Shown: positions 51,301-62,973, counted from the first letter of the stretch. The stretch: 64,000 nucleotides of DNA from Rhynchopus sp. YZ270_cl-10 (GCA_964035575.1 OZ037844.1:1116001-1180000); one strand, 5' to 3'. A program made the numbers and translations. Notes: a model not told the origin generated them from the letters alone.

Positions 51301-51669
51301 GCGTTTTGGCCAAAAACCCGGTTTTTCAGGCAGGTGACCGGTTTTGCGGCTTGGGAAACGTGCCAGCGAGCTGTGAGAACCATGCATGGGCCACACACGG
51401 CACGAGTTGCAGCAGCCCACCGAAGGTGGGCTGCGTTTGGTAACCACACGATGCGGTTAACGCGTGTATCGCATATGCATAGCGTTGTGTGTAACGCACG
51501 TGTAGACCGTTCCGTTATCACAACCACACGAGCCAGCGAAGTGTCACAGCGGCGCAGGTGTTGCGTTAACGCGATGGCGTTAAACCCGTAGCATGCTTTC
51601 GGACAGATCGCTACGTATGCATCGGTTGCGTTGCGTTGCATGCGTTGCGTTCGTTGCATACAGATCGCT
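48342..51669 (+). mobile_element. Tandem family B units (48342-49082, ~49083-49816, ~49817-51669)
   Basis: Family B 5' hairpin at 48342 and family B 3' ends at 49082 and 49816. The later units lack the 5' hairpin. The last is interrupted by the 49957 element and by the LINE. Confidence 0.72.
49957..51187. mobile_element. 1.23-kb hAT-like element, GTCGAC/GACAC-motif ends, 7-bp TSD tgtatag
   Basis: TIR CAAGGCTCTAAGTCGACAGTGT / ACACTGTCGACTTAGAGCCTTG, with tgtatag on both sides. Confidence 0.93.
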
Positions 51670-52282
51670 CACGACACGAGTGGGAGAAGAACGCAGACGA
51701 GAAGGCGAGGCAAGTCCTCTCGCAACACCGTATGTCAGTCTCCCCCCTCACCCTCAAAAGAAGAGAACCCTCCTCTCAACATATTTTTAAATTTTATTTT
51801 GAGGGAATCCCATCCCCCGAAGCCCCCATACTATCTTTCTCCGGTGTGAACGGGGCATGGCTCTAAGTCGGTAGCTGTCGACTCTGGAGTCGACTTTGTC
51901 GACCCTACCGTCAAAACAGTCGACAAGTCGACCTACCGTCGGTCGACCACCTACCGTCTACCGTCAAAAAAAAAATTTTTTTTTTCGACATCACAAAATT
52001 TTTCCCACAGAAAAAAAAATTTTTTTTTTGCACATGTCTGCACCAAAAATGCAAATAAAGCCAGAATTTTGATGTTTTGAGCATCTAGAATTTATTCCAC
52101 GGCTATTTTGTGTATAAAATACCCACCCTGTACAGTTTGTATGGGCCAGCACCTTAGCAAAAAATCGAAAAATCTCAAAAAAAAATTTTTTTTTTTCGGG
52201 AAAATTTCGACCCCTTACCTGGGTTTTTGGGCACCAAAAACTGCAAAAAAACGCAAAAATCGGGTGTTTTGACCATCTGTGG

Positions 52283-52690
52283 CAGTGCTACCAACGCGAC
52301 AAGTCGCGCGCGACTCGCGACAAACCACCCGCGACAGCGCGACAAAATGAGTTGTCGCAAAAATCGAAAATTTTTTTTTTCCATTTTGAGACACTTTTTT
52401 TTTTTTTTTTGTTAGGAAAAATCGCGTTTTTTCCGGGTACTTAGCAAAATTTTGGTCAAAAAATGATGGCTTTTGCTTACGTCGCTACTGTACCGTCTGC
52501 GATGGTTTTTTCTGGATTTTTTTTTTTGGATTTTTTTTTCCAAAATCGCCCACACCCAAAAAAAAAAAAAATTTTTTTTTTTGGTGAAAATTTTTGTGAT
52601 GTCGAAAAAAAAAAAATTTTTTGGGCGCGACAGCGCGACAAGTGGCACTTTGTCGCGCGACTAGAATCTCTTGTCGCGTTGGTAGCACTG
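52283..52690. mobile_element. 408-bp hAT-like MITE, 7-bp TSD tctgtgg
   Basis: Same TIRs as 12626; TSD read directly. Confidence 0.95.
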
Positions 52691-53428
52691 TCTGTGGTTA
52701 CATAAAACACACTTTTGTGTACAAGCCTACACCAATACAGTGGTTATACAAGGCGATTTTTGACGAAAAAAAAAATTTTTTTTTCGCCCAAAATTTGCCG
52801 TGGTACCTCATAAAATGGCCCAAAGAATCCAATGAAAACCTCAGATTGGGCAAATTATGAATAAAATTTTCAACTCAAATTTTCAACCAAAATACGGCTA
52901 TTTTGGTCATACCTTGTGTACTGAGGTAGCTAGAAAAAATACACCTGGGTACAAGCCTACATCAATACAGTGGTTTCCCAAAATCGGGTGTGGTACGTCA
53001 TAAAATGGAGCAAAGAATCCCATGAAAACCTCAGATTGGGCAAATTGTGAACAAAATGTTCAAGTCAAAATTTTAGCCAAAATACGGTCCATTTGGTCAT
53101 ACCCTGTGCCGGGTTTGCGGGACAGTACATTGCCTGTGCACTGAAAAGCGCTTAAGTTTGCGTACCCTAAGACATCAGGTAATAGGCAGAGGACACTACT
53201 CTTGATGGGGGGTCATGGCGAAACTAATGACAGGTGCATGCTAGTCACTGCGAAGATCCATCTAGGAAGCCGTCAGTTAAGTAGCGAACTGCTACCTCCA
53301 AAGGGGTGAGCTAGAGTCACACAAGGTGCGGGTTTTGGTACATAGTCTCATCATGTTGAAGAGACCAAGTGGACCAGACAGCGGTGCCCTTCCCCTTGTT
53401 GGCGTTACCAAGTTATACTGCTGATTTA

Positions 53429-54741
53429 TGAGTATTTACAACCCTCCCGCCAGGTACCCGAAGGCTCCCGGCGGGAGGGTCATATTTTCGAAACCCTCCC
53501 GCCGGGTTTTTTGCTCGAGGGAGCCCTGTTGGACCACGAGGGGACCCGTGTGGGCCCGAGGGAGGCCGTGTGGGGGAACGAGGGCGAAGCCCGAGCCCCA
53601 CACGGCCTCCCGAGGGCCCACACGGGTCCCCGAGGGTCCAACAGGGCTCCCGAGAGCAAAAAACCCGGCGGGAGCGGTTTCGAAAAGGACCCTCACAACG
53701 GAGAGCCTAAGGGGTGGCTAGGGGGGTTGTAGGACGCTTTGTTTCACGCGGGAGGGTCAAAAAAACCCTCACCGACGCTACGTAGAGTGAGAAAAACCCA
53801 AAAAACCTGGCGGGAGGGTCCAAAAAGCTGGCGGGAGGGTCCCCAGACCTGGCGGGAGGATCCCCAGACCTGGCGGGAGGGTCCCCAGACCTGGCGGGAG
53901 GGTCCACAGACCTGGCGGGAGGGTCCACAGACCTGGCGGGAGGGTCCCCAGACCTGGCGGGAGGGTCCCCAGACAGTGCTACCAACGCGACAAGTCGCGC
54001 GCGACTCGCGACAAACCACCCGCGACAGCGCGACAAAATGAGTTGTCGCAAAAATCGAAAATTTTTTTTTTCCATTTTGAGACACTTTTTGTTTTTTTTT
54101 TGTTAGGAAAAATCGCGTTTTTTCCGGGTACTTAGCAAAATTTTGGTCAAAAAATGATGGCTTTTGCTTACGTCGCTACTGTACCGTCTGCGATGGTTTT
54201 TTCTGGATTTTTTTTTTTGGATTTTTTTTTCCAAAATCGCCCACACCCAAAAAAAAAAATTTTTTTTTTTTTTGGTGAAAATTTTTGTGATGTCGAAAAA
54301 AAAAATTTTTTTTGGGCGCGACAGCGCGACAAGTGGCACTTTGTCGCGCGACTAGAATCTCTTGTCGCGTTGGTAGCACTGCCCCAGACCTGGCGGGAGG
54401 GTCCACAGACCTGGCGGGAGGGTCCACAGACCTGGCGGGAGGGTCCCCAGACCTGGCGGGAGGGTCCCCAGACCTGGCGGGAGGGTCCACAGACCTGGCG
54501 GGAGGGTCCCCAGACCTGGCGGGAGGGTCCACAGACCTGGCGGGAGGGTCCACAGACCTGGCGGGAGGGTCCCCAGACCTGGCGGGAGGGTCCACAGACC
54601 TGGCGGGAGGGTCCAAAAGCTGGCGGGAGGGTCCGGACCCTCCCGCCAGGTTTACCCTCCCGCCGGGTGGGTTTGACCCTCCCGGCGGGCGTGTAAAGTA
54701 GCTGGCGGGAGGGTCTTTTTGACCCTCCCTAGGGAAACAAA
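53429..54741 (-). mobile_element. Fold-back Helentron-like element, family D2
   Basis: Same architecture and termini as D1 (tgagtatttac… / …gaccctccctagggaaacaaa), with a palindrome at about 53437-53730 and an internal 21-bp repeat cagacctggcgggagggtcc(c/a) at 53805-54640. Confidence 0.7.
53974..54381. mobile_element. 408-bp hAT-like MITE, 7-bp TSD ccccaga
   Basis: Same TIRs as 12626; inserted in the 21-bp repeat of D2. Confidence 0.95.
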
Positions 54742-54862
54742 GTACGTAGCGCGTTGCTTTTTCCGTGGGAAAATTTTTCGTGGCTGGGCGCCAAAGGGCG
54801 CAGGGCGAAAGCGTAGCGAAGCGGAGCCGCCCGTAGCCCTTTGGCGACCAGCCACGGAAAAT

Positions 54863-55828
54863 TCCTTAACACTCGGTGTTAAGGTCTTTAAGGTTGCTGA
54901 TCACCCCACCCACCCACCCCCTCTAAGGCACCCCCCCGGTCCCCCCCCCCCGGGGTGGGTTTCGGCCATTTTTTTTCAGGTCTCTAAACGTCCAAAGAGG
55001 TCAAAAAAGTGGATTCTTGGGAAGATAGGAGGTTTTTTTTAGGGTTTGCAAATGAGAAAGACCTCCAAACCCTGACAGACCCTGAAACCAGGGTGTCGCG
55101 AGTACCCCTTTTTTACACGTGTTTCTTAAGGCTTCTACAGGGTTCTACAGGCAAAACCGGTGTTTTGGCCGAAAACCCGGTTTTTCAGGCAGGTGACCGA
55201 GTTTGAGGCTTGGGAAACGTGCCAGAGCGGTGTGAGAACCATGCGTGGCGGTTTGTAACCACTCCTTGCGTTGGTTGCGTTGCCTTCGTTGCGTACATAT
55301 CGCTACGTGCACACCGGTTACGTTGTGTTGCATGCGTTGCGTTTGTTGTGTAGAGATCGTTACGTACAGAGCGCAACGTACGGAGCGGTTGCGTTGCGTT
55401 TGTTGTGTTCGGTTGGTTACGTTCGTTGCGTTCCGATCGTTACGTACACATCTGTTGCGTTGCGTTGCATCCGTTACGTTGCGTTCGTTGCATACAGATC
55501 GTTACGTACACATCGGGTACGTTGTGTTGCATGCGTTGCGTTCGTTGTGTAGAGATCGATATATACAGATCGCAACGTACGCATAGGTTGCGTTGTGTTG
55601 CACGCGTTGCATTCGTTGCATACAGAACGCAACGTACACACAGGTTGCGTTGCATCCGTTGCGTTGGTTGTGTTTGTTTCGTTACGTTCGTTGCGTTCTG
55701 ATCGTTACGTACACATAGGTTGCGTTGCGTTGCATGCGTTGGTTGCATACGGATCGTAACGAAAAGAGCGGATCCGTTTATCAACCACACCAGCCAGGAG
55801 TGTTAAGGATTGCCAAAAAAAACTAAAT
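54863..55828 (+). mobile_element. Family C element, near-identical to 40434-41399
   Basis: Inserted at cacggaaaat|ttccctagg. The empty site is visible at about 58495-58513 and shows no true TSD. Confidence 0.85.
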
Positions 55829-55858
55829 TTCCCTAGGAAAAAAAAAAACCAAAATTGA

Positions 55859-58362
55859 TTTTGTATCCCTCAGGGTACACTTTATACCCTCCCTTACGCA
55901 AAAATTATTCCCTATAGGGTGTAAAATTTACCCACTTTATCTCCCTCCTGCTCACTTTATCTCCCCAGGGAGATAAAGTGAGCAGGAGGGAGATAAAGTG
56001 AGCAGGAGGGAGATAAAGTGAGCAGCAGGGAGATAAAGTGAGCAGGAGGGAGATAAAGTGACCAAAATTTTTTTTTTGGCAAAGACAAATTTGAGCTGAA
56101 AAAAAAATTTTTTTTGGGCTCAGATTGGCCCAAAAATGCAAAAAAACGAAAAATTTTGATGTTTTGAGCATCACATATTTATTTCCTGGCCATTTTGTGC
56201 ATAAAATACCCACCCTGTACAGTTTGTATGGGCCAGCACCTTAGCAAAAAATCGAAAAATCTCAAAAAAAAAATTTTTTTTTTCGAGAAAATTTCGACCC
56301 TTGACCTGGGTTTTTGGGCACCAAAAAATGCAAAAAAACGCAAAAATCGGGTGTTTTGACCATCTGTGGTTACACAAAACACACTTCTGTGTACAAGCGC
56401 ACACCAATACAGTGGTTATACAAGGCGATTTTTGACCAAAAAAAAAATTTTTTTTTTCGCCCAAAATTTGCCGTGGTACCTCATAAAATGGCCCAAAGAA
56501 TCCAATGAAAACCTCAGATTGGGCAAATTATGAAAAAAATTTTCAACTCAAATTTTCAACCAAAATACGGTCAAAAGTCGCCCAATAGGCTCGCTTCGCT
56601 CGCCTATTGAGCTCATTCTGTGGGTTAGGGTCCGGTTATTTTTCTCGTTTTCCCGTTTTTTTTTGAAAAATTGCCAAAAAATCAAAAATAATACCCAAAA
56701 AGTCACAAAATTCTGAAATTTTGAATTTTTCCCTGATTTTTTTCAGAAATTTCAAGAAAAATGACAAGGATTCTGGTCTACAGTAGCCTGTATAAGAGAC
56801 CCTACATAGGGCCTTATAAGCCATTTTTTTTGCTTCGGGAGGTCAAAAGTGCACCCTTTGGGATACAAAATTACATATTTACCCCCGGTGAGTTCACTTT
56901 ATCTCCCCTCGGGAGCCAATATTTCCCCTCGGGCCCTACGGGCCCTCGGGGAAATATTGGCTCCCTCGGGGGAGATAAAGTGACTCCCCGGGGGTAGAAT
57001 AAATAACTATTTTTTGCTTCGGGAGGTCAAAAGTGCACCCTTTGGGATACAATAGTTATTTATTCTACCCCCGGGGAGTCACTTTATCTCCCCCGAGGGA
57101 GCCAATATTTCCCCGAGGGCCCGTAGGGCCCGAGGGGAAATATTGGCTCCCGAGGGGAGATAAAGTGAACTCACCGGGGGTAAATATGTAATTTTGTATC
57201 CCAAAGGGTGCACTTTTGACCTCCCGAAGCAAAAAAAATGGCTTATAAGGCCTATGTAGGGTCTCTTATACAGGCTACTGTAGACCAGAATCCTTGTCAT
57301 TTTTCTTGAAATTTCTGAAAAAAATCAGGGAAAAATTCAAAATTTCAGAATTTTGTGACTTTTTGGGTATTATTTATGATTTTTTGGCAATTTTTCAAAA
57401 AAAAACGGGAAAACGAGAAAAAAAAACCGGACCCTAACCCACAGAATGAGCTCAATAGGCGAGCGAAGCGAGCCTATTGGGCGACTTTTGACCGTATTTT
57501 GGTTGAAAATTTGAGTTGAAATTTTTTTTCATAATTTGCCCAATCTGAGGTTTTCATTGGATTCTTTGGGCCATTTTATGAGGTACCACGGCAAATTTTG
57601 GGCGAAAAAAAAAATTTTTTTTTGGTCAAAAATCGCCTTGTATAGCCACTGTATTGGTGTAGGCTTGTACACAGAAGTGTGTTTTGTGTAACCACAGATG
57701 GTCAAAACACCCGATTTTTGCGTTTTTTTGCATTTTTTGGTGCCCAAAAACCCAGGTCAGGGGTCGAAATTTTCTCGAAAAAAAAATTTTTTTTTTTGAG
57801 ATTTTTCGATTTTTTGCTAAGGTGCTGGCCCATACAAACTGTACAGGGTGGATATTTTATACACAAAATGGCCAGGAAATAAATATGTGATGCTCAAAAC
57901 ATCAAAATTTTTCGTTTTTTTGCATTTTTGGGCCAATCTGAGCCCAAAAAAAATTTTTTTTTCAGCTGAAATTTGTCTTTGCCAAAAAAAAATTTTTGGT
58001 CACTTTATCTCCCTCCTGCTCACTTTATCTCCCTGCTGCTCACTTTATCTCCCTCCTGCTCACTTTATCTCCCTCCTGCTCACTTTATCTCCCTCCTGCT
58101 CACTTTATCTCCCTGGGGAGATAAAGTGAGCAGGAGGGAGATAAAGTGGGTAAATTTTACACCCTATAGGGAATAATTTTTGCGTAAGGGAGGGTATAAA
58201 GTGTACCCTGAGGGATACAAAATTACATATTTACCCCCGGTGAGTTCACTTTATCTCCCCTCGGGAGCCAATATTTCCCCTCGGGCCCTACGGGCCCTCG
58301 GGGAAATATTGGCTCCCTCGGGGGAGATAAAGTGACTCCCCGGGGGTAGAATAAATAACTAT
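55859..58362. mobile_element. Family E Helentron-like cluster: E1 (55859-57010 +), inverted E2 (57052-58222 -), and a duplicated 3' end (57011-57051 + 58223-58362)
   Basis: 5' TTTTGTATCCC pairs with subterminal GGGATACAAAA, which is followed by a ~120-bp hairpin. There is an internal 20-bp repeat gctcactttatctccctcct. The cluster sits in a T-run whose empty site is at about 58531-58545. Confidence 0.75.
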
Positions 58363-58807
58363 TTTAAAAATGTGATTTTGGCCAAGTTTTTCGGCAGGTC
58401 GACCCCCCCGTACGGTAAAACCGCCCATCTGGTCGATTCTACCGACTTAGAGCCATGGTAATAACCACCTATTTTTTGAAAATTTCGCTAAGTACACGGA
58501 AAATTTCCCTAGGAAAAAAAAAAACCAAAATTGATTTTTTAAAAATGTGATTTTGGCCAAGTTTTTCGGCAGGTCGACCCCCCCGTACGGTAAAACCGCC
58601 CATCTGGTCGATTCTACCGACTTAGAGCCATGGTAATAACCACCTATTTTTTGAAAATTTCGCTAAGTACACGGAAAATTTCCCTAGGAAAAAAAAAAAC
58701 CAAAATTGATTTTTTAAAAATGTGATTTTGGCCAAGTTTTTCGGCAGGTCGACCCCCCCGTACGGTAAAACCGCCCATCTGGTCGATTCTACCGACTTAG
58801 AGCCATG
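58363..58807. repeat. 175-bp tandem triplication of the hAT-like right end
   Basis: The TIR end AGCCATG occurs at 58451, 58626 and 58801. The spacer gtaataaccacctatttttt follows the first two. Confidence 0.92.
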
Positions 58808-58814
58808 AACGGGG

Positions 58815-60008
58815 TGTTCATACGCCCCGCCCGCACCAACTCAAATGACGGACTTACGTCTGTCATTTGGCCAGAAGCGTCCTACGACGAAACGCTGGAG
58901 CACTCGGAAAGAGTACAGGGGAGGGTGGTAATGGGTAGATTAGGGGATTTCGGGATCGTTGTCCCAAAAAAAGGACGAAGTGAAGGCATGGGAAACAGTG
59001 GGAAAGGCGGAAAGGGCAGGGGAGGCAAGCTACAGGCTCACCGGCTTACCCACCACGTGCACACCCGAGGACCTAGTGTCGGCAATTTCCCAAACGGGAC
59101 GCCACATCAGAGGGAGAAGCACTCGCAGGGAAACAGCACCCGGGGGCACACACACACACACACTCCTGGTCGCAATGCATGCACAACCACCACCCCCACC
59201 CTCCTTCACATTTGGGGAGCATGTGATCGTCTGCACACCAGCGATCCATGCAAAATTCCCCCCACACAAAAAAAACACGACCTCACAGACACAAAAAGGA
59301 GGAAAGGGGAGGGGGAGAGGAAAGGGCTACCAAAGCCCAGGAGCAAAGGGTCAGGGCGGGGGCAGGGGAGGAGCAAAGAGCGGGGAAGGGGGGAAGCAGG
59401 CACACAGTGCATCCCTCCCAATGGGAGTAGGGCTCGGCCAGAATGCAACGTCCCCCAAAACGGTGGGAGGCGATGGGAACGAGAACATGGGTGGAAAGGG
59501 AAGCGGGAAGGGGAACAAGGGAGGCAAGGGAAAGGGGAGCGTACCAGCGACCGGACCCTCAGTTTGGGACGCGAGGTTTTCCGATTTGGAAAAGAGAGTG
59601 GAAGCTCTCTCTACAAATCAGGAAAACCTCGCGTCACAATTGAGGGTGGGCTTAGCCGAAGGCTTCGAACAAATCAGCCAAGGGTTATCGCTAAGCCTAG
59701 AAAAGCTCCTCCCCAAGAGCACAAGACCCGGAAAGAAAGGCGGTGCAAAACTAAGTGTCGACACCAACATCGGCACAGAAGACGACGAAGAAATGACAGA
59801 AGGCAAAACGCCTTCGTCAAAGACACCGCTACCGTCTGGATCCCCCAGGAAAACGCCCAAAGGGAAAAGGGCGAGGGTGGGAGAGGAGCACGGGCGGAAC
59901 ACGTCCGCCAAGACTGGGGACAGCTCCCCCACAGCCCGGACGATACCGGGGGGGATAACGGTGCGGTCGCCGCGGTCCAGCAACAAGGGGATCAAACTCG
60001 TCGTGTAG
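58815..60008 (+). pseudogene. LINE ORF1 (Gly/Lys-rich, with YRLTGLP RRM-like segment); ~438 aa if joined to 51732-51855 and one A removed at 58966-58972
   Basis: The 349-aa ORF 58959-60008 is protein-like (basic GKG repeats, coiled-coil-like WDARFSDLEKRVEALS). Its likely N-terminus lies in the neighbouring frame across an A7 run. Confidence 0.6.
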
Positions 60009-60124
60009 ACCATACCACCACCCCCCTCCCTATCTCTCCAACCCCACCCTCCCTAATCCAACCTCCTCCAACTACACACAAACTCATCCCCCTTACACCC
60101 CACAAAACAAAACATGTACCGGTA

Positions 60125-60387
60125 CAGCAGCACCAACAACAACAACATCAGCAGCAACAACAGCAGAGGCACCTAATACGACAGCAACAACAACAACATC
60201 ACCAGCAGCAACAACAGCAGCATCAACAGCAGTGGCCGCTTACACGACAACAACAACAGCAACATCACCAGCAGCATCAACAGCAGCAACGACAGCTACA
60301 ACAACAACGGCAACAGCAACAACAACAACGACAACATCACCAGCAGCAGCAACAGCAACAGCACCAACAACTGCACCAACAGCTGCA
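60125..60387 (+). repeat. (CAR/CAY)n trinucleotide repeat encoding polyQ/H in the ORF2 frame
   Basis: About 85 codons dominated by CAA/CAG immediately upstream of the 2A motif. Confidence 0.9.
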
Positions 60388-60397
60388 ACCATCTGAG

Positions 60398-60472
60398 GGA
60401 CGACGCCACCTCCTACACCTGAGACGTCTACTTCTCCTGAGGTGCGGCGACGTAGAGCAGAACCCCGGACCA
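60398..60472 (+). other. 2A-like StopGo peptide (…RRLLLLRCGDVEQNPG|P)
   Basis: Exact match to D(V/I)ExNPGP preceded by a Leu-rich helix, directly before the APE domain. Confidence 0.93.
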
Positions 60473-62973
60473 GAGGAAGCCCTGAAGCTGATCAGCTTCA
60501 ACTGCAACGGGCTGACCGAGCAACGGGAAGAGGAGCTGCAGGAGTTACTGAACTCGGAGCACTTCGATGTGGTGGCTCTGCAGGAGCTGAAGGAGGCGCA
60601 GACAGCACTGCCCGCGTTCCCGGGCTACACCCCCTTCCTCCGGAAGCGCACGCAACGCCGCACCCCCAATGGCAGCCTGTACTCCGGAGGCGGCATAGCC
60701 ACGCTGGTGCACACAAGCCACCAAGCCTCCCTCACCTGGGCCAGCGGGGAGCCAAGTGTGACGGAGCGTCTTGACGTGAGGGTGACGACGGAGCATCGGG
60801 AGTACACGGTGACGAACCTGTACCGACCTGGAGGTGTAGGCAGCAGCGCTGATGACCTGCGTGTGGACGACTTCTCTGCAGATGACCTCCCCTCCGACGA
60901 AGACTCCATCATCCTCGGTGACTTCAACGTCCACCACCCTGCGTGGGACCTCCAAGCGAAGCCAGATGCCAAAGGGTCACAGCTACACCAGTGGTCGCTG
61001 CGCAACGCCATGCAGGTGCTCAACTGCCCCAACACAGTCACGCGCTTCTCCGGAACAGTCTTCTCCTCACCGGACATCACCTTGGTACACAGGAACGTAG
61101 AAGCCACATGGACCACACTTTGCGCACGAGGCTCCGACCACCTCCCCATCCTAGTCACAGTGCAACCTCCGACGGAAGGGGAGGAAGTGAACGGAGGCGA
61201 CGAAGACGCGACAGTGCCCGAACACCTGCTGAGATGGTGCTGGTCACGTGCGGATTGGGAGGCGTACACGGCAGAGCTGGAGCGTTACGCCCCCAAGGCC
61301 CACAACTGGGGTGGTGTAGATGCGGTGAACAGGTTCACGGGATTGTGCAAGAACATCGCAGAAAAACACATCCCACTCTCCCACCACACCTCCACACCAA
61401 GGGTCAGGAAGTCGTGGTTCACTCCTCAGGTCCATGAATTGCTGCAAGAACGCAACGCAGTGACGGAACTACTTCTCTCCGCGGACGAGACGGAACGCGA
61501 CGTCCAAGCCGAAAAGCTGAAAGAGCTGAAGGTCGCCACCTCCTGTGCCATCATGGATGCGAAGCAGCAGGCATGGGTGCGTAGCTGCAACGCCGCCACA
61601 CCACCACCTCTCAGCAGCACTTTCCGGAGGTTGAAGGAGCTCAGTGGTGACCGGGTGAAACCCATCACCAAAGCAGTCGCTACCCCGGAGGGCCCTCTGA
61701 CGAACACACCGCAGGAAAAAGCGAACACCCTGGCCCGCTACTTCGCCGCAGTGAGTGGAGATGGCACGCCCCCTTCTCTCGCCAACCCGCAGCGTACTGC
61801 TAGGCGCAACAACACACAGAGCGCGGGCTACACCGGAGCGGCAAGCGAAGCTCCCTTCACCTTGCCGGAGCTCGATTACGCGATGAGCTCGCTGAAGCTG
61901 GGCAAAGCACCTGGGCTGGACGAGATGCACAACGAGCTCTTGCTGCATCTTGGGCCCAAAGGACGAGACGCCTTACTCCACGTCCTCAACTTATCCTGGT
62001 GCAAAGGTGAACTCCCTACATCGTGGCTGCAGAGCAACATCGTGCCCATCGCTAAGAACGGGAAGGACGCCAGCATCCCCGCGTCGTACCGCCCCATCTC
62101 TCTTACGAGCAACGTCTGCAAACTCTTGGAGAAGATGGTCAAGTGCCGCATCACCCAGATGCAAGACAGTCCGGACCTGCCGCAGTACAGGGGCCCACAC
62201 CGCACACAAGCAGGTTTCCGCCGTCGTCTCTCCACGATAGACCAGCTCGCGGCGCTCATGCAGCGGGTGAATGCGGGGAAGAACCGCCCCACCATCGCAC
62301 TCTTCTTCGACGTAGAAAAGGCGTTCGACACTGTGTCTCGCAAGCGCATACTCCAGGCGCTGAAGCACAAGCAGCACCTGCCACCACGCTACCTCAACTG
62401 GATTGAAGCCTTCACCAGTGACCGCTCCGCCTGTGTTTCAGTGGATGGAGCAAAGAGTGCGCAGTACGTGATGAGAGCTGGAGTACCGCAGGGTACAGTA
62501 CTGTCACCCCTCCTTTTCCTCGCTGCTATGGACGAAGTTGCGGAAGCGCTCGACGACCTCAGTGCAACATATCCCACATTCTTCGCCGACGACATGGCAG
62601 TCACCGTGCAAGGGGAAACATTAGGGGAAGTGCAAGAATTGGCGCAAGCGGTCATCAACCGTGTCACAGCGGCGATGGAGCCACTCGGAATGCGCCTCTC
62701 CAGCACAAAGACCGTCTTCACCTTCTTCGGCACAAGAAACGTCCTCAACAAGTACCCGTTAGCGGCCGACACAGAACTTTGGCTGAGGAACGGTATTCGG
62801 GTGCCCTACTCCGCCACACCCAAATACCTGGGATTGACGCTGGATCCGTCCTTGACGATGGAGGCACACACCACCGCAGTCATCACCAGGGTGCAAAAAA
62901 GGCTCGGTCTGATGAAGATGTTGTCTGGAACCACGTGGGGAGCTAACACACACACCCTCCGCACCACCTATCT
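60470..62973 (+). pseudogene. LINE ORF2: apurinic endonuclease plus reverse transcriptase, cut by insertion at 62974
   Basis: APE motifs: ISFNCNGL, VALQE, ILGDFNVHH, GSDHLPI. RT motifs: KAPGLD, YRPISLTS, QAGFR, FFDVEKAFD, GVPQGTVLSPLLF, FADD, KYLG. No internal stops. Confidence 0.95.

Larger units (their letters stand above)
51856..58807 (+). mobile_element. hAT-like element (CTACCGAC-motif ends), 7-bp TSD aacgggg, with nested insertions
   Basis: TIR CATGGCTCTAAGTCGGTAG / CTACCGACTTAGAGCCATG, with aacgggg at 51849-51855 and 58808-58814. Segment 53100-53190 is homologous to 15660-15750 of the master element. Confidence 0.92.
51670..62973 (+). mobile_element. APE-type LINE (Ingi/I-group-like), interrupted at 51856-58807 and at 62974
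   Basis: The ORF starting at ATG 51732 rejoins in frame across the insertion (…FSGVNG|VFIRPAR…). APE and RT domains follow downstream. Confidence 0.88.

Noticed and set aside
58805..58814. ATG start of the 1396-aa ORF
   Set aside because: The ATG is the last three bases of the TIR (…GCCATG) followed by the TSD. The LINE frame begins at 51732. The ORF's last residues (KATNPT) likewise come from the 62974 insertion.
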